64,000 nt of DNA from Naegleria gruberi. Taxonomy: Eukaryota. How positions within the stretch are numbered: position 1 is the first letter of the stretch; each line of letters starts with the position of its first letter. The DNA lies in NCBI GenBank assembly GCA_000004985.1, contig GG738865.1; one strand, given 5' to 3'. Positions 58,314 through 64,000 of the stretch are shown one piece after another. The notes beneath the pieces are model-generated. The model worked only from the letters and a program-made list of their open reading frames with translations. It was not told the DNA's origin and made no database searches. A program made the position numbers and the translations under genes.

Positions 58314-60783
58314 TTATTCAATGTCATAACAATCAAGTCCGCGTGCCTGACATCTACAACATGGTCTCACATTTGTACACCGCAAATGTGATCTTCTACA
58401 ATGATGGCAAGCTCTTTTAGCATTGCTTCTGCGTTTCTTTTTCAGTTTTCCTTTCTTGGAAATTCCACCACCTACAGGAGGCATGTAATCATCATCTTCC
58501 TGTGAATCACTACTGCTTCTATCACTATCTCGGGAAGATTGTTTTTTCTTTGATTTTTTCACAAGCGATGGAGAGAAGGATGAAGAATCTGTGTTTGAAA
58601 GAGATCCTGATAAATCGTATGGGTTATCATTGGAATTACTGTTGGAATTTGGTGATTCTGAGGTAGGTCTATAGTACACTTCTGGTATGTAGTTTTGATA
58701 ACAGTTATTGTAATATTTCAAATGTGGTTCATATTCATCTTCTTCTTCAGAGAGTAGAAAAACAAAATCACTCTCGCTATCTTCGTCATCACTTTGTTCT
58801 TCTAGTTCTAGTTTTTGTTCTAGAGATTGCATTTTGATACCTAGAGGGCTATAATCTTGTTCTTCTTCAACACCGTACTTATTCAAGAAGATTTCAATCT
58901 TATTCTTTAAAAGTGTTATGGAGTCTTCTGGAGAAAATGATTCTACCAATGAGTAGTCAAATAACATTGTGGAATACTTGTTATCATTGAGAATTAACCC
59001 GTTATTAATCATTGAGGTTAAAACACCATAAGCATCAACTCTTCTTCCACTGAATCAAATTGTTATTCCACCTAATATTGTGTGCTATACTTACACAAAT
59101 AAATATAATAAGAATTGGATTTCATCAAAGTGTACAAGTATTTCTTTCAAATCACCATTTTTCATCTTCATTTCTTCATCTTCCATGATGTCAAAGTGAT
59201 TATTTGTCATTAATGCAGGATCATAGTATGGGAAATGTTGTAATAAATAAATTCTTGCTCTCTTCATTTCATAATCATGAACAAGTTCGTAAAATACACT
59301 TCTCTTGAACCTATTATTTTGTTGTTATTGTGGTCAACACTCTTGCAAGTACTTACTCTGAAATTTTCCATTGATAAGGATTCTCTTTTTCTGGGTTTGT
59401 TTTTTCATCATTTAGATCAACTGTTGATGTACTAGGGCTATCTTTGTGAGTAACTGAATTGGTGGTATTAAAAGTATTATAGGAAAAAGTAGGGGAGGAA
59501 TGTAATGAAATATTTGAAGGATCATTAGAATCAACCTTTGGATTAGGGATATGGTGGTTATTGGTTGAAGGAGCAATGGTTTGTTGTTGATTATATTCGG
59601 AATTGGTCATTATTTGATTGGGCGAACATGATTGATTAATCGGAATAGTATAATTAGAGGAAAGCACTGATCCATTATTGTTTGATGTACAATTAGCAGC
59701 ACTTGTCATGGCATTATTTTGATTCAAATGATGGGAAGTTAAACCAGTATTATTATTGTAGTGGTGATCATTAGCCATCAAACTTTCGTTACTTGTTACA
59801 GATGGTTTGAGTGACAAGGTTGGATGAATTTGGTGATGATACAGATTAAAGTTTGTGGTCTGACTATTGGTATTTGAGCTAACCAAATTACTGCTATTGT
59901 GTAAATGATTATTGTTAACTGAATTATTACCACTATTAGTGTTACTTCCAATATGGGATTGGACAACGGATGAGTTATAAAAAGGTTGTGAAGTTGGCCA
60001 GGATGATTGATTGTAATTATAACTAGGGTTTGGAGCTTCATTCTTTGAAAATCCTTGTTGTTCAGCAGCGGCCATATTACTTGTGGCAGGTGAAGAATTG
60101 ATTGACAGTGTTTGTGTAGTAGAATAGGAGGATAATGATCTATTGATCACAGAGTTCATCGGATCTGAAGTATTTAATGATTGTTGCTGATCAGTATGAG
60201 CAAAATGGTGAGGAGAGGATATTGGTGCAGCTTGCTGTGGAGAGGAGGAGGAAACAATTTGTTGTTGTTGACTTGTTGAACCATTCAATCCCGATGAAGG
60301 ATTCAAGCAATGATAAACATTACTATTGTTCAATTGTTGGTGATTAGATACAGACAACGCGCTACTATTATTTGAAGAATTAGAGTTATTGTTTTTTAAA
60401 GATCCTCCATTAATTAGAGTTGGAATTGTAGCGCTGCTTCTTGTATTATTACCATTATTAACTACTGAATATTGTTGTTGATTAGACTCCGATACAGAAC
60501 TGATTCCGTAGAGTTGTTGTGATTGGTTTATAATATGGTGATGATGATGATGGTTTGTATTGGTAAAAGTTTGATTCATCACCCCGACACCTCCAACAGG
60601 AGTTATATTATTATGGTCAATATTATTACTATGATTACTATGGTTCATCATTGAATTAATGTTATGATAGCTCGGACTTGAATTATCAAGTGGCTGAACA
60701 ACGGTCGTCATCAGAGAATTACCAGGAAGTTGTGGTGAAGATGTTGTTGCTCCGAGAATAGCTCCACTATAGTCGTGAGACAT
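58314..60783 (-). CDS. Large N/S/Q-rich protein with C-terminal Zn2Cys6 (fungal-type zinc cluster) DNA-binding domain; complement(join(58314..59049,59095..59310,59357..60783))
   Basis: C-terminus ACHHCRRSHLRCTNVRPCCRCQARGLDCYDIE fits CX2CX6CX5CX2CX6C, preceded by a basic KKGKLKKKRRSNAKR. Two 45-46-nt introns (GTAAGT donors) join the 476-aa low-complexity exon to the C-terminal exons. Confidence 0.6.
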
Positions 60784-60957
60784 TTTTTTGTTAAATGGGT
60801 TGTACTTTTTTTCTTTTGTAATGTTTCAACTTTCACCGATGGAAAAATATCAATTCATGATTGGATCATCGCAAGTTGGTTAACCTCGAATAAAAAATAT
60901 TTACAAAAAATTAAAAAACTGTCATCGGAAATGTCACACATAGCTATGATTAATTTA

Positions 60958-63900
60958 TTAATCATACATTTCTTCAATTTCTTTAACAATTTCTTCAAAA
61001 TCAACAATTGTGATTTTTTGAACAGGTCCAATTCTTCTTTTTGTTTTTTGTTGGGTTAATGTACTTGTTCTGTCTCGAGTTAAAATTTCATCTTCTGCGT
61101 GCTCATCAATAGCTACAAGTGTTACCTTATTAGCATTAGACCTGTTGTTGGATCTTCCATTTCCAAGATTTTCAGGAGCTAACTGTAGAATCTTTACACC
61201 AGTTAACCTGGTAACTGAAGATGATGAAGGAGCACTCAATTGTTCCAAAGCAATATCAGCTGCATTCTTCTTCTTGGCATTACCACCCTTCTTCTTCAAT
61301 GATAAATCATCTAGCAAGTCTATTGGTGGTCTCTTATCCAGGGCTTTATCTACAGTAGACTTTACTTGATGGAAATCAAAGAACTTTCCACGTACTTCCT
61401 CTTCATTAACCTTTCTGCCTTCCATAATGTAGGTGCGACTGGTCTTGGCGATTTGTATCAATTCTTTCTCATCCTTATTTTCACAATGCACACATGCCAC
61501 TTGTTTAATACCGATGCAATTTACATGGAATGCATGACCGCAAGGGAATATTCTACACATACTTGATTCTTCCATGGTTTTCTTACCTAGTGGGTTTCCA
61601 CAAAGGAAGCAGTATAAACTGTTAGGCTTTAGGGCACTATTCAAATCTCTGTGTAGTTGATTTCCAATATTGAAAATGTCATAAGAAATTAGTTCATTGG
61701 ATTGCTTTAACAATCCACTTTCGTAGCTATAATTATCTAATAATCTCATAATTGTTACCTTAACATTACCGAATGCATCACTATCGTGCTCAGTAACAAT
61801 ATCATTCAAGATTGATGGAATATCCACATATCTCATCATCTCACTAAGTATTATTCTAATATACAATGAATTACATCTTTGTAACCAAAGATTAGCCAAT
61901 TTTTGAATGTTGTGAGGAGCTGTTGGATCATTATTTCGTTCTTCTTCGAGTTGTTTTTCTAATTTTTCCTTTTCTTCCAAACTCTTCAATTGCATTTGGA
62001 GATTATGAATGTGATCCTTTTTCTTTTTTAATTTAATTTGGAGTCTTTCGATTCTTTCCTCATCTGGGTCATGCAACTCTCTCTCAGCATTCAAGTCTTT
62101 CTCAATCTTGATAATTTCAGTGTTTGTATCGACAATTTCTTCCTTGATGATATCAAATTCATCAAGTTGGGTATCCTCCAAATCGAACTCATCAAAACCT
62201 TCACTGTCAACAATTTTCTTTTGAAAAACTGAAGATTCCTCTCTCTTACTAACACTCAGAGGTTTTCCTTCTAAAAATCCATATCTCAACTTTCTTTGAA
62301 GTAAAACAAAGGTATTCAACAATCTGAACCATAATTGTCTAACTTCACTATCATCCAGAGTTTTTCTTTCACTGTTTTCGCAGCACAAGTTAATAGCAGT
62401 CTTGAGTTCTTTTACCAGATTTCTGGATTCATGACAAGTTAGCACATCAGTAAGTTCTGCTTTTTCTCCAGCATCATAACCTTCCTTCAAAGTTACTTTA
62501 GGGAGTTTGATTTTTGGTTTTTGTTGTAAAACCTTCATTTGTTCGATAATTGGTTCATTTGGACAATAAACAGGTGGGTCATCTGTGATCAAGTTGAAAT
62601 CCTTACTAATCTCATCAAAGTTCTTCTCAAAAGCAGCATTTCTTTTTCTGGAAACTTCATCAATTAACTTTAATTTCAGAAGGTCAACAGTGTGTTCTAA
62701 TTCTCTCAAAATTTCATTCAATGCATGTTTGACTTCTCCAGTTCTTTCGAGAAGGAAAGATTTTGCTTCTGGAACATCCTTACATATTTTCATACATTTA
62801 TCAACATCAAGGCCGGATCCTTGTTGTTGTAAATACTCCTTAACTTTCTTATTGTCTTCAAAGTCGCAAACCATTTGCAAGTATGTGTAGGTTAACTCTT
62901 CCACAGAGATACCCCTTTTAGCAACTTCATTCATATTCAAAGAACCATTCTCAGAAGTTGGATCCAATAATAAGGAAGTAATATAACAATAGAAGAAAAA
63001 TCTTAGAGTTCTATATCGTTCTGGATCCCTTTCTTCGTCAAGTAATTTTTGTATTGTCATGACTACGTGTTGATGGCAAGCATTAGAAAACGACAAGTCA
63101 ACAACCAAAGTTTCGGCAAGCTCTGGAATTTGAGACCAAGTAATCTCGAACAATCTCTTTAAATTGACTTCAAGATACCACTGATATTTTTGGGTGCTAG
63201 ACATGAAAAACTTGGCAAGTTTGTAAAGATCAAATCTTTTTGCAAGTTCCATGAATTTGGTCTTATCATAATAGGTTTTTCTCTTTTCAAGGATTTCAAT
63301 AAATCTTTCTTCTCTATCCTCTCTGAGGGACAAAATTCTTTGTTTTTCTTTATCGTCAGTGCAATTCCTAAGTCTTCTCAAAATATCTTCTGAAAGGAAG
63401 GTAAAGATTACAAGAAGGATATTATAGTCTTCAGCTTTAAGTATACCCTTTGCTAAAAACTTAGCATAGAAAGAGAAGAAAGCAATTCTTCCATCATAGA
63501 AACTTGGATGTTTCATAAATTGATGGGGCAGTTGGAGTCTCAAAATGTATTCAATAAGGTTTTCTTGGGTAAAGTCTTCATCCCATGGATTAGTGGCTGA
63601 ATCATCATTCATTGCTATTTCAAGAACATCAAATAGCTTTTCAGGATAGTGCCTGACAATGGAGTGGAAGGCTGATGTTGGATCTCTGTCACCATCCTCT
63701 TCCTCATCAAATATAAAATCGACAACATCCTTCTTGATATCAGTAACCAAATCCTCATGTTCTGGAACATTACCAACTAGGTATCTCTCAAAGAAGTAGA
63801 GAATTACTTCTGCAACTTCTCTTTCACGGCTTTCTCCATATTCTTCAAGTATTCTTTCAAGAGGTTCTACATATTCTCTTTGGTAAATATTAGTAACATG

Positions 63901-64000
63901 TACATAAGTTTTCAGAAGTGAACATTCTCTGCAAAATTGAATAATCTTATCATACATATTATATTGTTGAAGATCCAATCTCATAATCAATGTATCAAGT
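60958..64000 (-). CDS. vps8: VPS8 (CORVET complex subunit) homologue, C-terminal ~1010 aa with RING-H2 finger; 5' end beyond window
   Basis: C-terminal RING-H2 (CFLCGNPLGKK..CRIFPCGHAFHVNCI..CVHCENKD) plus the long alpha-solenoid region typical of VPS8. The reading frame stays open to the window edge, with no ATG in the last codons. Confidence 0.75.
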   Translation of the reverse strand, partial: LDTLIMRLDLQQYNMYDKIIQFCRECSLLKTYVHVTNIYQREYVEPLERILEEYGESREREVAEVILYFFERYLVGNVPEHEDLVTDIKKDVVDFIFDEEEDGDRDPTSAFHSIVRHYPEKLFDVLEIAMNDDSATNPWDEDFTQENLIEYILRLQLPHQFMKHPSFYDGRIAFFSFYAKFLAKGILKAEDYNILLVIFTFLSEDILRRLRNCTDDKEKQRILSLREDREERFIEILEKRKTYYDKTKFMELAKRFDLYKLAKFFMSSTQKYQWYLEVNLKRLFEITWSQIPELAETLVVDLSFSNACHQHVVMTIQKLLDEERDPERYRTLRFFFYCYITSLLLDPTSENGSLNMNEVAKRGISVEELTYTYLQMVCDFEDNKKVKEYLQQQGSGLDVDKCMKICKDVPEAKSFLLERTGEVKHALNEILRELEHTVDLLKLKLIDEVSRKRNAAFEKNFDEISKDFNLITDDPPVYCPNEPIIEQMKVLQQKPKIKLPKVTLKEGYDAGEKAELTDVLTCHESRNLVKELKTAINLCCENSERKTLDDSEVRQLWFRLLNTFVLLQRKLRYGFLEGKPLSVSKREESSVFQKKIVDSEGFDEFDLEDTQLDEFDIIKEEIVDTNTEIIKIEKDLNAERELHDPDEERIERLQIKLKKKKDHIHNLQMQLKSLEEKEKLEKQLEEERNNDPTAPHNIQKLANLWLQRCNSLYIRIILSEMMRYVDIPSILNDIVTEHDSDAFGNVKVTIMRLLDNYSYESGLLKQSNELISYDIFNIGNQLHRDLNSALKPNSLYCFLCGNPLGKKTMEESSMCRIFPCGHAFHVNCIGIKQVACVHCENKDEKELIQIAKTSRTYIMEGRKVNEEEVRGKFFDFHQVKSTVDKALDKRPPIDLLDDLSLKKKGGNAKKKNAADIALEQLSAPSSSSVTRLTGVKILQLAPENLGNGRSNNRSNANKVTLVAIDEHAEDEILTRDRTSTLTQQKTKRRIGPVQKITIVDFEEIVKEIEEMYD

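Overview
This 64-kb window is eukaryotic nuclear DNA, not prokaryotic. It is AT-rich and gene-dense, with about 35 protein-coding genes on both strands, roughly one per 1.8 kb. Introns are very short (about 39-126 nt) and carry GTAAGT/GTATGT donors with AG acceptors. Many coding regions contain N/Q/S/T-rich low-complexity tracts, and there is one RNA polymerase III tRNA gene. This matches a dictyostelid social-amoeba (Amoebozoa) chromosome arm, but I cannot name the species from sequence alone.

Genes I can recognise:
- tubulin-tyrosine-ligase-like 9 (TTLL9)
- EIPR1/TSSC1-type WD40 protein
- CTD small-phosphatase (NIF) family member
- bacterial-type MutS (mitochondrial MSH1-like)
- diaphanous-related formin (GBD/FH3-FH1-FH2)
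- ubiquitin-conjugating E2
- trypsin-like (S1) serine protease with a mucin-like stalk
- GT37/GT11-like putative fucosyltransferase
- aldo-keto reductase
- pentatricopeptide-repeat-like (PPR-like) protein
- ERMP1/FXNA-type M28 metallopeptidase
- NYN-domain protein
- RGS+SAM protein
- class-IV sirtuin (SIRT6/7-like)
- TBL1-like LisH/WD40 protein
- C-terminal Zn2Cys6 protein
- partial VPS8 (RING-H2) running off the 3' edge of the window
- several F-box proteins

The most unusual locus is at 13.3-17.1 kb. It holds three paralogous secreted cysteine-rich proteins of no family I can name. The outer two are in inverted orientation and share a near-identical ~300-bp segment.

Several genes show an in-frame stop or a frame discontinuity that canonical splicing cannot explain: the Myb gene, the formin and the RGS gene.

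Coordinate caveat: gene ends are anchored to ORF-track start/stop positions. Intron boundaries were read by eye and may be off by 1-2 nt.
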